Source of the DNA: Longimicrobiales bacterium
GTDB lineage: Bacteria > Gemmatimonadota > Gemmatimonadetes > Longimicrobiales > Gaopeijiaceae
Length of the DNA: 64,000 nt
Direction: 5' to 3'
Assembly (NCBI GenBank): GCA_963422615.1
Contig: OY730414.1
Coordinates: 1,054,001 to 1,118,000 of the forward strand
Shown here: positions 1 to 10,174 of the stretch, piece by piece
How positions within the stretch are numbered: position 1 is the stretch's first letter
Layout: the number at the start of each line of letters is the position of its first letter
The notes under the pieces: model-generated
Databases searched by the model: none
Seen by the model: only the letters and a program-made list of their open reading frames with translations
What the model was told of the DNA's origin: nothing
Made by a program: the position numbers and the translations under genes

Positions 1-2
1 AT

Positions 3-335
3 AATACGGGCGCCAAACGTGCGCTCTGCATTCGTGTGCTGGGCGGATCCGGCTGCCGTTATGCCCGAATCGGCGACCGCGTGATCGTGACGATCAAGGA
101 CGCCGTTCCCAACGCGCCGGTGAAGAAGGGGGAGGTAACGGAGGCGGTAGTGGTTCGCACGGCCAAGGAGATGCGTCGCAAGGACGGGAGCTACATCCGC
201 TTTGACGACAACGCGGCCGTTTTGATCAACCCACAGAAGGAACCCCGGGGCACGCGCATTTTCGGGCCGGTGGGCCGAGAGCTCCGGGAAAAGCGTTACA
301 TGAGGATCGTTTCTCTTGCGCCCGAGGTCCTGTGA
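3..335 (+). CDS. rplN: 50S ribosomal protein L14 (5' truncated by window edge)
   Basis: Frame reads [16 protein letters not shown]...[18 protein letters not shown]...[13 protein letters not shown]...SLAPEVL; first gene of the spc operon. Confidence 0.99.
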   Translation, partial: NTGAKRALCIRVLGGSGCRYARIGDRVIVTIKDAVPNAPVKKGEVTEAVVVRTAKEMRRKDGSYIRFDDNAAVLINPQKEPRGTRIFGPVGRELREKRYMRIVSLAPEVL

Positions 336-337
336 CG

Positions 338-673
338 ATGACCAAGAAGAAGATGAAGATCATGAAGGGCGATCGGGTCAGGGTCATTCGGGGCAACTAC
401 CGAGACGCTGAAGGCTCGGTTCTTCGGATCATACGAAAATCGGATCAGGTTGTGATCCAAGGTGTGAACATGCGGAAACGTCACACGCGACCTACCCAGG
501 CCAACCCGGAAGGAGGGATCATTACCTTTGAAGCGCCCGTTCATGTGTCGAACGTGATGCTCGTGGATCCTTTCGGCGACAAGGCCAGCCGCTTGCGGGT
601 GCAGATCGGAGCTGACGGCCTCAAGGAGCGGATTTCTGTGAAAAGCGGAAATCCCGTTCCCAGGCCGGGATAG
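338..673 (+). CDS. rplX: 50S ribosomal protein L24
   Basis: KOW motif KGDRVRVIRG, GVNMRKRH, EAPVHVSNVML; follows rplN. Confidence 0.98.
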   Translation: MTKKKMKIMKGDRVRVIRGNYRDAEGSVLRIIRKSDQVVIQGVNMRKRHTRPTQANPEGGIITFEAPVHVSNVMLVDPFGDKASRLRVQIGADGLKERISVKSGNPVPRPG

Positions 674-680
674 CTTCGAA

Positions 681-1283
681 TTGGCAGCGACGGAGACCAG
701 GGAAATTTGGATGGAACCAAGACTTTTATCCCACTACAAGAGGGTTGCGAGGCCGGCGTTGCGGGAGCAGTTCGGCTTTGCCAACCCTCACCAGATTCCC
801 AGGGTCGTCAAGGCGACCCTCAACGTCGGGATCGGTGAAGGGAGCCGAGACCGGAAGCTGGTGGAATCGGTGGCCGGGGAGTTGGCAATGATCACGGGCC
901 AGAGACCTGTCATCACTCGGGCCCGAAAGTCCATTGCAAATTTCCGCCTCCGGGAGGGTATGCCCGTCGGGGCGGCGGTGACTTTGCGGCGGCGCGGAAT
1001 GTGGGAGTTTCTTGACCGCTTCGTTTCCGTCGCCGTACCTCGGATTCGCGACTTCAGGGGTCTGAACACCCGTTCCTTTGACGGACGGGGGAACTACACG
1101 ATAGGGGTCAGAGAGCAGATCATTTTTCCCGAAGTGGACTACGACAAGGTGAAGCAGATTCACGGAATGGACATCTCCGTGGTGACTTCCACCCGCAAGG
1201 ACAACGAAGCCTACGCGCTCCTCAGGCAGCTGGGTTTCCCCTTCCGGGGCGAGGTACCGGTGATCATCGGGGCCCCTGCGTGA
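681..1283 (+). CDS. rplE: 50S ribosomal protein L5 (start may be ATG 711)
   Basis: ITGQRPVITRARKSIANFRLREG, PRIRDFRG, FDGRGNY, GMDI motifs. Confidence 0.99.
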   Translation: MAATETREIWMEPRLLSHYKRVARPALREQFGFANPHQIPRVVKATLNVGIGEGSRDRKLVESVAGELAMITGQRPVITRARKSIANFRLREGMPVGAAVTLRRRGMWEFLDRFVSVAVPRIRDFRGLNTRSFDGRGNYTIGVREQIIFPEVDYDKVKQIHGMDISVVTSTRKDNEAYALLRQLGFPFRGEVPVIIGAPA

Positions 1284-1363
1284 AGAATGCCTGAAAGACC
1301 TGGGATGCCGAAAAGGACGCGAGAGAGCGGCGGGAACCGCCGGCAGAACAAGGACGACAAACC

Positions 1364-1756
1364 ATGATGACCGATCCGATCGCGGACATGCTGACGCGAA
1401 TCCGAAACGCAGGCCACGCGGGACACCGATGGGCCGATCTTCCCCTGTCCAAGCTCAAGGTGGAAGTCGCCCGGCTCTTGAAAGAAGACGCCTTCATTTA
1501 CGGTTACAAGGTGTTGAACGACGGACGCCATGGTCTTCTCCGCGTGTACCTTAAGTATCACGACGGCAGGCCGGTCATACGTCGCCTTGCTCGGGTATCC
1601 AAGCCAGGTCGGCGTCGTTACGTGGGAGTCGAGGATCTCCCGCGGGTCCGAAATGGGCTTGGAATGGCCATCGTGTCCACATCTCGAGGTCTCCTGTCGG
1701 ACCGCGCGGCTCGGAGGGCGCGGGTCGGCGGCGAAGTCTTGGCAGTTGTTTGGTAG
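1364..1756 (+). CDS. rpsH: 30S ribosomal protein S8
   Basis: MTDPIADMLTRIRN, SKPGRRRY, GLGMAIVSTSRG, GGEVL. Confidence 0.99.
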   Translation: MMTDPIADMLTRIRNAGHAGHRWADLPLSKLKVEVARLLKEDAFIYGYKVLNDGRHGLLRVYLKYHDGRPVIRRLARVSKPGRRRYVGVEDLPRVRNGLGMAIVSTSRGLLSDRAARRARVGGEVLAVVW

Positions 1757-1764
1757 GAGGTCTC

Positions 1765-2313
1765 ATGTCGCGCATTGGCAGAATGCCGGTTCCAGTTCCT
1801 CAGGGGGTCACCGTGATCCTGGAGGGTCAGCGGTTGACGGCAAAGGGCCCCAAGGGGGAGCTGGAGCTGAATGTCCGTACCCCGATCACCGTGGGGTGGG
1901 ACGGAAAAGAGGGAAAGATGCTCCTGGTAAAACGGCCTTCGGACCGCAAGGAACATCGCGCGCTGCACGGCCTGACCCGATCGCTTGTGGCCAACATGGT
2001 TGAAGGAGTCAGCGAAGGCTTTAGCAAGACGCTGGAGATCACCGGCGTGGGTTACAGGGCCCAATCCCGGGGCAACGGGCTGGTGCTGAACCTTGGATTC
2101 TCGCATCCCATCAACTTGCCGGCGCCCGGTGGCATCAGTTTCGAGACGCCGAACCCCACGACCATCGTGGTGAAGGGACCGGACAAGCAGAAGGTCGGTC
2201 ACACCGCCGCCGTGATTCGGTCCTTCCGGCCCCCGGAGCCGTACAAGGGCAAGGGGGTTCGGTACCGGGGGGAGCACATTCGGCGGAAGGCCGGGAAGAC
2301 GGCCGGGGCATGA
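1765..2313 (+). CDS. rplF: 50S ribosomal protein L6
   Basis: MSRIG, GVGYRA, LGFSHP, RPPEPYKGKG; AGGAGG SD upstream. Confidence 0.99.
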   Translation: MSRIGRMPVPVPQGVTVILEGQRLTAKGPKGELELNVRTPITVGWDGKEGKMLLVKRPSDRKEHRALHGLTRSLVANMVEGVSEGFSKTLEITGVGYRAQSRGNGLVLNLGFSHPINLPAPGGISFETPNPTTIVVKGPDKQKVGHTAAVIRSFRPPEPYKGKGVRYRGEHIRRKAGKTAGA

Positions 2314-2365
2314 CCCCTTTGGAAATGTCCCTCCGGAAACATTCAAATGACCGAATTCATGGACG

Positions 2366-2752
2366 ATGATCAAGACTGCTAAACTTCGGAAGAGCCGCCG
2401 CCTTCAGCGCCAACGGCGCCACATTCGTGGCCGGAAGAAGGTGCACGGGACGGAAGACCGTCCCCGGCTGGTCGTATACCGGTCAAATCGAAATATAGAG
2501 GGCCAGGTCGTGGACGACGGTGCCCGTCGAACCCTGGTCGGCCTTTCCAGCCTGGCCCCCGAGCTGCGGGACTTCGCTCCGGACGAAGGGCCTCGCAAAG
2601 TGGAAACGGCAAGGGCGGCTGGCCATTTGTTGGCGGAGCGGGCCCTGGAACTGGGGATCACGAAGGTCGTCTTCGACCGGGGCGGTTTTCGCTATCACGG
2701 TCGGGTCAAGGCATTCGCCGAGGGTGCCCGAAGGGGAGGGTTGGAGTTCTGA
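2366..2752 (+). CDS. rplR: 50S ribosomal protein L18
   Basis: [36 protein letters not shown]. Confidence 0.99.
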   Translation: MIKTAKLRKSRRLQRQRRHIRGRKKVHGTEDRPRLVVYRSNRNIEGQVVDDGARRTLVGLSSLAPELRDFAPDEGPRKVETARAAGHLLAERALELGITKVVFDRGGFRYHGRVKAFAEGARRGGLEF

Positions 2753-3276
2753 TGGCTAGAAGAGGCAAGCCGCCGTCCCGGGAGGGGTCGGAGCAGGTAG
2801 AGAACCTCATCCACATCAACCGGGTTGCAAAGGTGGTGAAGGGGGGCCGCCGGTTTTCCTTTACCGCCCTTGTTTCCGTGGGTGACCAAGCGGGTAAGGT
2901 CGGGGTCGCCCACGCCAAGGCCAACGAGGTAGCCGAGGCGATCCGCAAGGCCTTCGAGCAAGCCCGCCGCAACATGATGAAGGTACCGGTGGCCAATGGA
3001 ACCCTACCCCACGAGATCGTGGGCCGGTGGGGCGCGGCCCGAGTGCTGCTCCGCCCGGCTGCGCCCGGAACCGGGGTGATTGCCGGCGGGCCCGTGCGCG
3101 CGGTCCTCGAGGCTGCGGGCTATACGGACGTGTTGACCAAGAGCTTGGGTACGAACAACCCCATCAATGTGGTCCGGGCGACAGTGGACGGCCTGGAAAA
3201 CTTGGTTACGGCCTACCAAGTGGCGGCCGAACGACAAATCACCCTTCGGGAGCTGGGTGTGGCGAGCCATGGCTGA
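2752..3276 (+). CDS. rpsE: 30S ribosomal protein S5
   Basis: [34 protein letters not shown]. Confidence 0.99.
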   Translation: MARRGKPPSREGSEQVENLIHINRVAKVVKGGRRFSFTALVSVGDQAGKVGVAHAKANEVAEAIRKAFEQARRNMMKVPVANGTLPHEIVGRWGAARVLLRPAAPGTGVIAGGPVRAVLEAAGYTDVLTKSLGTNNPINVVRATVDGLENLVTAYQVAAERQITLRELGVASHG

Positions 3277-3457
3277 TCGAAAGTTGCGGATTACCCAGGT
3301 GCGCAGCGCCTCAGGCCGCCTGCAGCGTCATCGGCGCACCCTGAGGGCGTTGGGCATCAAGCGCCACCAGCATACCGTTTTCCATAGGGATACACCGGCG
3401 ATCCGGGGAATGATCGCGAGGGTGGACTATCTCGTAGAGGTCACGGAGGTGGACTGA
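3269..3457 (+). CDS. rpmD: 50S ribosomal protein L30
   Basis: [13 protein letters not shown]...TLRALG...[15 protein letters not shown] at 3269 inside ORF 3167..3457. Confidence 0.97.
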   Translation: MADRKLRITQVRSASGRLQRHRRTLRALGIKRHQHTVFHRDTPAIRGMIARVDYLVEVTEVD

Positions 3458-3460
3458 CCG

Positions 3461-3994
3461 ATGATCGAGCTGCACAATCTTCGCCCGCCCGCAGGAACCC
3501 GCAGGGGCCGAAAGCGTCTCGGCCGGGGGCCCGGTTCGGGGACGGGGAAAACATCGGGGAGGGGAGAGAAAGGGCAGAACTCCCGCTCCGGCGGCGGCGT
3601 GCCTCCGTGGTTCGAGGGAGGCCAGATGCCCTTGCAGCGGCGGATCCCGAAACGGGGCTTCAAGAACCGAAACCGCACCGAATACCAGGTTGTGAACGTA
3701 GGCAGCCTTGAGCGCCTTCCCGCCGAGTGCGAGGCCAGGCCGGAGACCTTGAAGAAAGTCGGCCTCATTCGTTCTCTCCGCGTCCCGGTGAAGATTCTGG
3801 GAATGGGGGAGATCGCGGTGGCGGTTCACGCTTCGGTGCATGCTGTGAGCGCCCCGGCCCGTCGCAAGATCGAGAGCGCAGGGGGCTCTGTGACGATCCT
3901 GCCCCAAAGCAGGGGCGCCGCGCCGGCTTCCCGGGACTTCGGCGAAGGCAACGCCCAAAAAGCTGACAGGCCTGAAAGGCGGTCATCCCGATAA
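3461..3994 (+). CDS. rplO: 50S ribosomal protein L15 with C-terminal extension
   Basis: GRGPGSGTGKTSGRGEKGQ, FEGGQMPL.RRIPKRGF, KIESAGG. Confidence 0.98.
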   Translation: MIELHNLRPPAGTRRGRKRLGRGPGSGTGKTSGRGEKGQNSRSGGGVPPWFEGGQMPLQRRIPKRGFKNRNRTEYQVVNVGSLERLPAECEARPETLKKVGLIRSLRVPVKILGMGEIAVAVHASVHAVSAPARRKIESAGGSVTILPQSRGAAPASRDFGEGNAQKADRPERRSSR

Positions 3995-5307
3995 TGGCCA
4001 ATCCGATCCCGAACCTGTTTCGATTTCCGGAGCTGAAGAACAAGATTCTTTTCACGCTCTTCATCATGTTCGTGTACCGGATCGGATCCCACATCACGGT
4101 ACCGGGTCTGGACGTCGGGGTGCTCCAGGAGCAGTTCGGCCAACTGGCCCAGACGTTTCTGGGCGTCTACGACATGTTCGTGGGAGGTGGCCTGAGCCGG
4201 GCGACGATCCTGGCCCTGGGGATCATGCCCTATATCTCGGCGAGCATCATGTTCCAGCTGCTCTCCGCCGTCTTCCCGACGGTGCAAAAGTTGCAGAAGG
4301 AGGGTGAGGAGGGACGCAAGAAACTCACCCAGTGGACTCGGTATACCACCGTCCTCCTTTGCATTGTCCAGGCATACGCCTATGCCTCGTTCCTTCAGGG
4401 CTTGGGGGGTGCGGTTCGAACGCCGGGCTGGGGGTTCATCTTCACAACCGTGATCGTGCTAACCGTTGGTGGCGTTTTCGTCATGTGGTTGGGCGAACAG
4501 ATCACCGAGCGGGGCGTGGGTAACGGGATGTCCCTGATGATCTTCTTCTCCATCATTCAGGGCTTTCCACAAGCTGTGGCCCGGACTTGGGAAGCCCTCA
4601 ACCAGGGCGAGATCGGGCTGATCGAAGTGATCGCCCTCCTGGCGGTTGTCATCGGGATCACCGGGGGGGTCGTGGCGATGACAATGGCGTCTCGGAAGAT
4701 TCCGGTGCAGATCCCCCGAAAGGTGATGGGTCGGGGACGCATCAGAGAGGGGCAGAAGAGCTTCATTCCCCTGAGGGTGAACTCGGCCGGGGTGATGCCC
4801 ATCATCTTCGCCCAATCCTTCATCGTGGTTCCGGGTACCCTGGCCGCTTTCAGCTCCATTCCCATGATTGAGGACTTGTCAAGCCTTTTCCAGCCGGGGA
4901 ACTGGACGTACTACATCACCTACGGGGTTCTCATCGTCTTCTTTACCTACTTCTACACGGCCATCATCTTCAACCCGGTGGATTTGGCCGAAAACTTGAA
5001 GAAGCAGGGTGGATTCATCCCCGGCGTGAAGCCAGGAACCCGAACCGCCGAGTATATTGACAGGGTGCTGACCCGGGTCACGCTCCCGGGCTCCATCTAC
5101 CTTGCCCTCATTGCCTTGGTCCCGTTCTGGATCTTCGACATCTTCGACATCCAGGCCTTTTTCTTCGGGGGCACGAGCCTTCTGATCGTCGTTGGCGTAG
5201 GCCTGGATACCGTGCAGCAAGCCCAGCAGCACATGCTCCTTCGCCGCTACGACGGCTTCATGAAGAAGGGCCGGGTCAAGATGCGTGGCCGACAACGCTA
5301 CATGTAG
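3994..5307 (+). CDS. secY: Preprotein translocase subunit SecY
   Basis: ALGIMPYISASI, WLGEQITERGVGNG, FIPGVKPG, GGTSLLIVVGV; about 10 TM segments. Confidence 0.99.
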   Translation: MANPIPNLFRFPELKNKILFTLFIMFVYRIGSHITVPGLDVGVLQEQFGQLAQTFLGVYDMFVGGGLSRATILALGIMPYISASIMFQLLSAVFPTVQKLQKEGEEGRKKLTQWTRYTTVLLCIVQAYAYASFLQGLGGAVRTPGWGFIFTTVIVLTVGGVFVMWLGEQITERGVGNGMSLMIFFSIIQGFPQAVARTWEALNQGEIGLIEVIALLAVVIGITGGVVAMTMASRKIPVQIPRKVMGRGRIREGQKSFIPLRVNSAGVMPIIFAQSFIVVPGTLAAFSSIPMIEDLSSLFQPGNWTYYITYGVLIVFFTYFYTAIIFNPVDLAENLKKQGGFIPGVKPGTRTAEYIDRVLTRVTLPGSIYLALIALVPFWIFDIFDIQAFFFGGTSLLIVVGVGLDTVQQAQQHMLLRRYDGFMKKGRVKMRGRQRYM

Positions 5308-5322
5308 GGCGGAGGCCCGCGA

Positions 5323-5988
5323 ATGATCGTAGGAAGCGGGCCGGGCAAGGTCGTGGTTCTTCTCGGGTCGCCGGGGGTGGGGAAAGGAACCCAAGGCGTT
5401 CGGCTCGGCCGGGATCTCGGCTGGGCCCACGTCTCGACGGGCGATCTGTTGCGGGCCGCCCGCAGAGCGGGAACGCCCCTCGGCCGAAGAGCTCGGAAGT
5501 ACATGGACGCGGGGGACTTGGTCCCCGACGGCCTGATCGTCGAGCTGGTCCGGGAGTACGTCGGCGGGATGCCCCGGAGCCAAGGAATCGTCCTTGACGG
5601 CGTTCCGCGCACCGTCCCCCAGGCCGAAACCCTGGACCGGGTTCTCGCCGTCGCCGGCCGGCGGGTGAACCAGGTCGTGCTTCTGGAGGCCCCGGAGGCG
5701 GTGTTGGTCAAGCGCATTTCGGGACGTCGGTCGTCCCCGAACGGGCGGCTGTACAACGTGTACTTCGATCCGCCCCTGCGGGAGGGTTTCTGTGACGAAA
5801 CGGGGGAGCCGTTGATCCACCGCGCCGACGACGATCCCGACACGGTTCGGACGCGCCTCGCCGTTTATCGTGAGGTCACCGCTCCCCTCATCGACTTCTA
5901 CAGGGAGAAGCAGCTTCTGGTCCGGGTGGACGGAGAGGGTGAAGTGGACCAGATCCGGGAAGCCATCCGGGCCGCAGTGGAGGCATAG
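5323..5988 (+). CDS. adk: Adenylate kinase
   Basis: P-loop GSPGVGKGTQ, STGDLLR, LDGVPRT, RADD. Confidence 0.98.
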   Translation: MIVGSGPGKVVVLLGSPGVGKGTQGVRLGRDLGWAHVSTGDLLRAARRAGTPLGRRARKYMDAGDLVPDGLIVELVREYVGGMPRSQGIVLDGVPRTVPQAETLDRVLAVAGRRVNQVVLLEAPEAVLVKRISGRRSSPNGRLYNVYFDPPLREGFCDETGEPLIHRADDDPDTVRTRLAVYREVTAPLIDFYREKQLLVRVDGEGEVDQIREAIRAAVEA

Positions 5989-5999
5989 GGGGAGTTATC

Positions 6000-6836
6000 A
6001 TGGTTCAGCTCAAGTCGCCGGAGGAAATTCGGGCCATGGCGCGCTCCGGTGAGATCATTGCCGCCCTCCTCCTGGAACTCGAGCCCAGAGTGCTCCCCGG
6101 CGTTTCCACCGCTTCCCTGGATCATTTCGTTGGTTCCTACGTGTGCTCCCATGATGGCGCGACGCCTGCCTTCAAGGGACTGTACGGCTTCCCTGGCAAC
6201 GCGTGCATCAGCATCAACGAAGAGGTGGTCCACGGAATCCCTTCGGGGCGAACCCTCACGGAGGGCGACATTGTATCCGTTGATGTCGGGGTTCGCAGAG
6301 GTGGCTGGTGCGCCGACTCGGCTTTCACCTTTCCCGTGGGCGAAATCGGCACGGATGCCTCTCGCCTCCTCAAGGTCACCCGAGCCGCGCTCGATGCGGC
6401 GGTGGCGGCGGCCCAGCCGGGGAATCGGGTAGGGGACATCGGTGCTGCGGTCATGAGCAACGTTCGTGGAAGCGGCTTGGCGATCATCCGAGATCTTGTC
6501 GGCCACGGGGTCGGACGGGACGTTCACGAGGAGCCTCAAGTCGCCAACTTCGGACGGGCGGGCCGGGGGGTGGCTCTCCAGCCGGGAATGGTCCTGGCAA
6601 TCGAACCCATGCTGGCCATGGGAAGCGAACGAATCAGGACCCTCCCCGACCAGTGGACGGTCACTACCTTGGACGGGGCGCTTTCGGCTCACTTTGAACA
6701 CACCGTCGCCGTAACCGCGGAGGGTCCCGTCCTCCTGACCGGCGGTGGCATCTGGGATATGGACGCGCCGCCCGACGGCCTTGAAGACCCTAGCCTTCGA
6801 CACTCGAAACCGTTACCTTTCCAAGCTATGCAATGA
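6000..6836 (+). CDS. map: Methionine aminopeptidase type I
   Basis: [41 protein letters not shown] metal ligands. Confidence 0.98.
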   Translation: MVQLKSPEEIRAMARSGEIIAALLLELEPRVLPGVSTASLDHFVGSYVCSHDGATPAFKGLYGFPGNACISINEEVVHGIPSGRTLTEGDIVSVDVGVRRGGWCADSAFTFPVGEIGTDASRLLKVTRAALDAAVAAAQPGNRVGDIGAAVMSNVRGSGLAIIRDLVGHGVGRDVHEEPQVANFGRAGRGVALQPGMVLAIEPMLAMGSERIRTLPDQWTVTTLDGALSAHFEHTVAVTAEGPVLLTGGGIWDMDAPPDGLEDPSLRHSKPLPFQAMQ

Positions 6837-6852
6837 ACGAAAGGGTGTATCC

Positions 6853-6969
6853 GTGAAAGTCCGTACCAGTGTGAAGCCCATGTGTGAGTACTGCCGCGTC
6901 GTCCGACGGAAGGGGGTCGTGCGGGTAATCTGCAGCCGAAACCCCCGGCACAAGCAGCGCCAGGGTTGA
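6853..6969 (+). CDS. rpmJ: 50S ribosomal protein L36 (zinc-ribbon type)
   Basis: GTG start; [14 protein letters not shown]...[14 protein letters not shown]. Confidence 0.98.
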   Translation: MKVRTSVKPMCEYCRVVRRKGVVRVICSRNPRHKQRQG

Positions 6970-7008
6970 CCATGGAGGCACGCATGACGGCATTGAGGGA
7001 GCGGTAGG

Positions 7009-7389
7009 ATGGCACGCATCGCAGGGGTTGATCTGCCTAGGGGTAAGCGGATCCAGGTTGCCTTGACCTACGTGTACGGCGTGGGCCGTACCCGGGCCAA
7101 TCGGATCCTGGAAGCGACCGGCATCAATCCGGACCTTCGGACCCACGAGCTCACCGACGAAGACGCCAGCCGGCTACGTCGCGAGATTGAGCAGAACCAC
7201 AAGGTTGAAGGCGCCCTCCGCACGGAAGTGTCCATGAACATCAAACGGCTTATGGACATCGGCTGTTACCGCGGCCTCCGGCATCGCCGGGGGCTCCCGG
7301 TTCGGGGACAGCGCACCCATACGAACGCCCGAACCAAAAAGGGCCCTCGTCGGGCCATCGCGGGCAAGAAGAAGGCTCCCAAGAAGTAG
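7009..7389 (+). CDS. rpsM: 30S ribosomal protein S13
   Basis: [36 protein letters not shown]. Confidence 0.99.
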   Translation: MARIAGVDLPRGKRIQVALTYVYGVGRTRANRILEATGINPDLRTHELTDEDASRLRREIEQNHKVEGALRTEVSMNIKRLMDIGCYRGLRHRRGLPVRGQRTHTNARTKKGPRRAIAGKKKAPKK

Positions 7390-7464
7390 CGGGAATCCAG
7401 GCAAACACTCCCACGAACGGACGGATCCGGTCAAGTAGGCCGTGCCCCGGAGGTAAGGTACCCT

Positions 7465-7857
7465 TTGGCAAATCCCAGATCGACCAGACAGAAGAAAACG
7501 AAAAAGGTCGTGGAGGCGGAGGGGGTCGCGCACATCAAGGCGACCTTCAACAACACGCACATCACCATCGCCGACAACGCCGGTAACGTGTTGGTCTGGG
7601 CATCGGCGGGGACCGCGGGTTTCAAGGGCTCCAAGAAGTCCACTCCTTTTGCCGCGACGATGGCCGCAGAGCAGGCTGGCCGGGACGCCGCGGCTATGGG
7701 GGTTCGCCGGGTCGTCGTACGGGTGCAAGGACCCGGTTCCGGGAGGGAGTCGGCGATCCAGGCACTTGCTTCCGCGGGGCTCCACGTCAAGTCGATTCAC
7801 GATGTGACGCCGTTGCCACACAACGGATGCCGTCCGCCCAAAAAGCGCCGCGTCTGA
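7465..7857 (+). CDS. rpsK: 30S ribosomal protein S11
   Basis: [46 protein letters not shown] start after GGAGG. Confidence 0.99.
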   Translation: MANPRSTRQKKTKKVVEAEGVAHIKATFNNTHITIADNAGNVLVWASAGTAGFKGSKKSTPFAATMAAEQAGRDAAAMGVRRVVVRVQGPGSGRESAIQALASAGLHVKSIHDVTPLPHNGCRPPKKRRV

Positions 7858-7878
7858 TACGGAGAAGAACTCCACACC

Positions 7879-8514
7879 ATGGCACGATACACAGGTCCAG
7901 TTTGCAAGCGCTGCCGAAGGGAAGGCCAGAAGCTCTTCCTGAAGGGGACGAAGTGCTACACCGAGAAGTGTCCTATAGAGCGGCGCCAGTATCCACCGGG
8001 GCACCACGGTCCGGCCGCTGCCCGTCGGCGGAAGCAGTCGGACTATGCGATGCAGCTGAGGGAGAAGCAGAAGGTAAAGCGCATCTACGGGCTGCACGAA
8101 CAGCAGTTTCGCAACCTGTTTGAGTACGCCGCCGGGCGTACGGGGGTCACGGGTGAAAACCTTATCATCGCCCTCGAAAACCGATTGGACAACGTCGTCT
8201 TTCGATTGGGGCTCGTGATGAGTCGGCGCCAGGCCCGTCAGCTGGTGCGCCACCGCCACGTTCAGGTCAACGGTTCGGTCGTCAACATTCCGAGCTACCG
8301 GCTGTCGGCGGGGGACGAGATTGCGCTGCGGCCCGGGTCCCGGGAGCTGGAGTTGGTAGACGCGAGCCTCCAGGCCCGCTCCCGGCCTCGGTTACCGGAC
8401 TGGCTCGCCCTTGACGAGCGCAAACGGGTGGGGCGAGTCGTTCGGGAACCTGAACGGGGAGACATTCCGTTGGCGGCTCAGGAGCAATTGATCGTGGAGC
8501 TCTATTCCAAGTGA
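7879..8514 (+). CDS. rpsD: 30S ribosomal protein S4 (Cys-containing type)
   Basis: MARYTGPVCKRCRREG..LFLKG.KC...KC, LREKQK, LENRLDN, IVELYSK. Confidence 0.99.
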   Translation: MARYTGPVCKRCRREGQKLFLKGTKCYTEKCPIERRQYPPGHHGPAAARRRKQSDYAMQLREKQKVKRIYGLHEQQFRNLFEYAAGRTGVTGENLIIALENRLDNVVFRLGLVMSRRQARQLVRHRHVQVNGSVVNIPSYRLSAGDEIALRPGSRELELVDASLQARSRPRLPDWLALDERKRVGRVVREPERGDIPLAAQEQLIVELYSK

Positions 8515-8598
8515 TCCGGCGCGAAGGGTTGCGATCGGGCCTCGTTTTGGAATCTGAAGTTACGCAACTTGGTCAGGGAAAAAATACGGAGGGTGTCT

Positions 8599-9651
8599 GT
8601 GGAGATTGATCTGACCGGTCTGGTGCGTGTTGAACGCGTGGAGATTGCCGAGGTGTCGGATGACGGCCGGTCTGCCGAATTCGTCATGGAGCCCCTCCAG
8701 CGAGGCTACGGCCACACCCTGGGGAACGCCATCCGGCGCGTGCTCTTGTCCTCCCTTCGGGGATCGGCAATATGGGCGTTCCGAATCGAGGGCGTGGTTC
8801 ACGAGCACCAGGTCATCCCGTTCGTTGTCGAGGATGTACACCAGGTCATCCAGAGTCTGAAGTCCTTGGTGGTCAGCCTGGACGACGATGTGGATGCGGC
8901 AACCCTGACGATCCAGGTCAAGAAGGCGGGTTCGGTCACCGCGAGCAAAATCAAGGGACCGGCTTCGGTGACGGTGCATGATCCCGATCACCACATCCTC
9001 ACCCTGGAGCAAGATCGGAATCTCAACATCGAGATGTTCGTGAACAAGGGCCGTGGCTTCGTGCTGGCCGAACAGCATTCGGCTACCGAGACGGGCGCAG
9101 CCGATTTGGTGCGGATTGATGCGGTGTACAACCCGGTTCGCCGGGCGAACTTTGTTGTCGAGGAGACTCGGGTCGGACAGAGAACCGACTTCGACCGGCT
9201 CACGCTGCACGTGGAGACGGACGGCTCGATGGCTCCCGCAAGTGCCGTCGAATATGCAGCGGAGCTGATCCGCCGACACTTCGAGTACATGCTGTACTTC
9301 CGCGCAGGGGGCTTGCCGAGGTCGAGGGAGGCGGAGGCATTGCCGGTTTCCGAAAGGATGTTCGAGCTGTTTCGGACCCCGATTGAGGACCTCGCCGGGC
9401 TGAGTGTCCGGTCCCGCAATTCCCTTCAAAGAGAATCTATCGCGACCCTGGGCGACTTGGTCAGCTGTACCGAGGACGACCTGCTGGGTATCGATAACTT
9501 TGGGAAGAAGTCCCTGGAGGAAATCTCCAGGGTTCTCGGGGAACGCGGTCTACGGTTCGGGATGAAGGTGGAGGAGCGGGACGACGGGCGGATCTACTTC
9601 CTGGACGGGGGAGGGACCGGCGGGTCGGATGAATCCCTGCCGGGAGCTTGA
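8599..9651 (+). CDS. rpoA: DNA-directed RNA polymerase subunit alpha
   Basis: EPLQRGYGHTLGNAIRRVLLSS, TRVGQRTDFDRL, LSVRSRN, NFGKKSLEEI; GTG 8599 after GGAGG (ORF open from 8569). Confidence 0.99.
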   Translation: MEIDLTGLVRVERVEIAEVSDDGRSAEFVMEPLQRGYGHTLGNAIRRVLLSSLRGSAIWAFRIEGVVHEHQVIPFVVEDVHQVIQSLKSLVVSLDDDVDAATLTIQVKKAGSVTASKIKGPASVTVHDPDHHILTLEQDRNLNIEMFVNKGRGFVLAEQHSATETGAADLVRIDAVYNPVRRANFVVEETRVGQRTDFDRLTLHVETDGSMAPASAVEYAAELIRRHFEYMLYFRAGGLPRSREAEALPVSERMFELFRTPIEDLAGLSVRSRNSLQRESIATLGDLVSCTEDDLLGIDNFGKKSLEEISRVLGERGLRFGMKVEERDDGRIYFLDGGGTGGSDESLPGA

Positions 9652-9746
9652 GAATTTGCGGTTGCGCGGGTGAGCCGCCGGAACGAGGGATTGTTCGTCT
9701 GAACGCGCGACGGGAGATTCCTTAAGTTGGGAGGGTACGAAAAACG

Positions 9747-10097
9747 ATGCGTCACAGAAAGAAGGGCCGAAGCCTCTCTCGATCCCCGAGCCACAGGAAG
9801 GCTCTGTTGAGAAACCTGGCCACGTCCCTGTTCCACCATGAGCGAATTACCACGACAACGGCCCGAGCCAAGGAGCTCAGACCCTACGCAGAGCGGTTGA
9901 TCACGCTCGCCCGCCGAGGGGACCTGCACGCCCGACGTTTGGTCGCGCGTCGCATCCGTGACCGGGGGGTACTCATGAAGCTCTTTGATGATATCGGACC
10001 CCGATATGCGGAGCGGCCAGGTGGGTACACGCGCATCCTGAAGCTGGGCAATCGCCGGGGAGACGCGGCCGAAATGGCGCTCATTGAGCTTGTGTGA
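9747..10097 (+). CDS. rplQ: 50S ribosomal protein L17
   Basis: [42 protein letters not shown]. Confidence 0.99.
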   Translation: MRHRKKGRSLSRSPSHRKALLRNLATSLFHHERITTTTARAKELRPYAERLITLARRGDLHARRLVARRIRDRGVLMKLFDDIGPRYAERPGGYTRILKLGNRRGDAAEMALIELV

Positions 10098-10174
10098 TAG
10101 AATCGCCCCCCAAGAGTGAAGATTCCGGCCCATGCAGGCCGGATTGCGAAAGAGACTTCAAGGAGAGCGCGCAG

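Noticed and set aside
1287..1367. 26-codon ORF MPERPGMPKR... in the rpsN gap
   Set aside because: No convincing S14 similarity and no SD; probably chance
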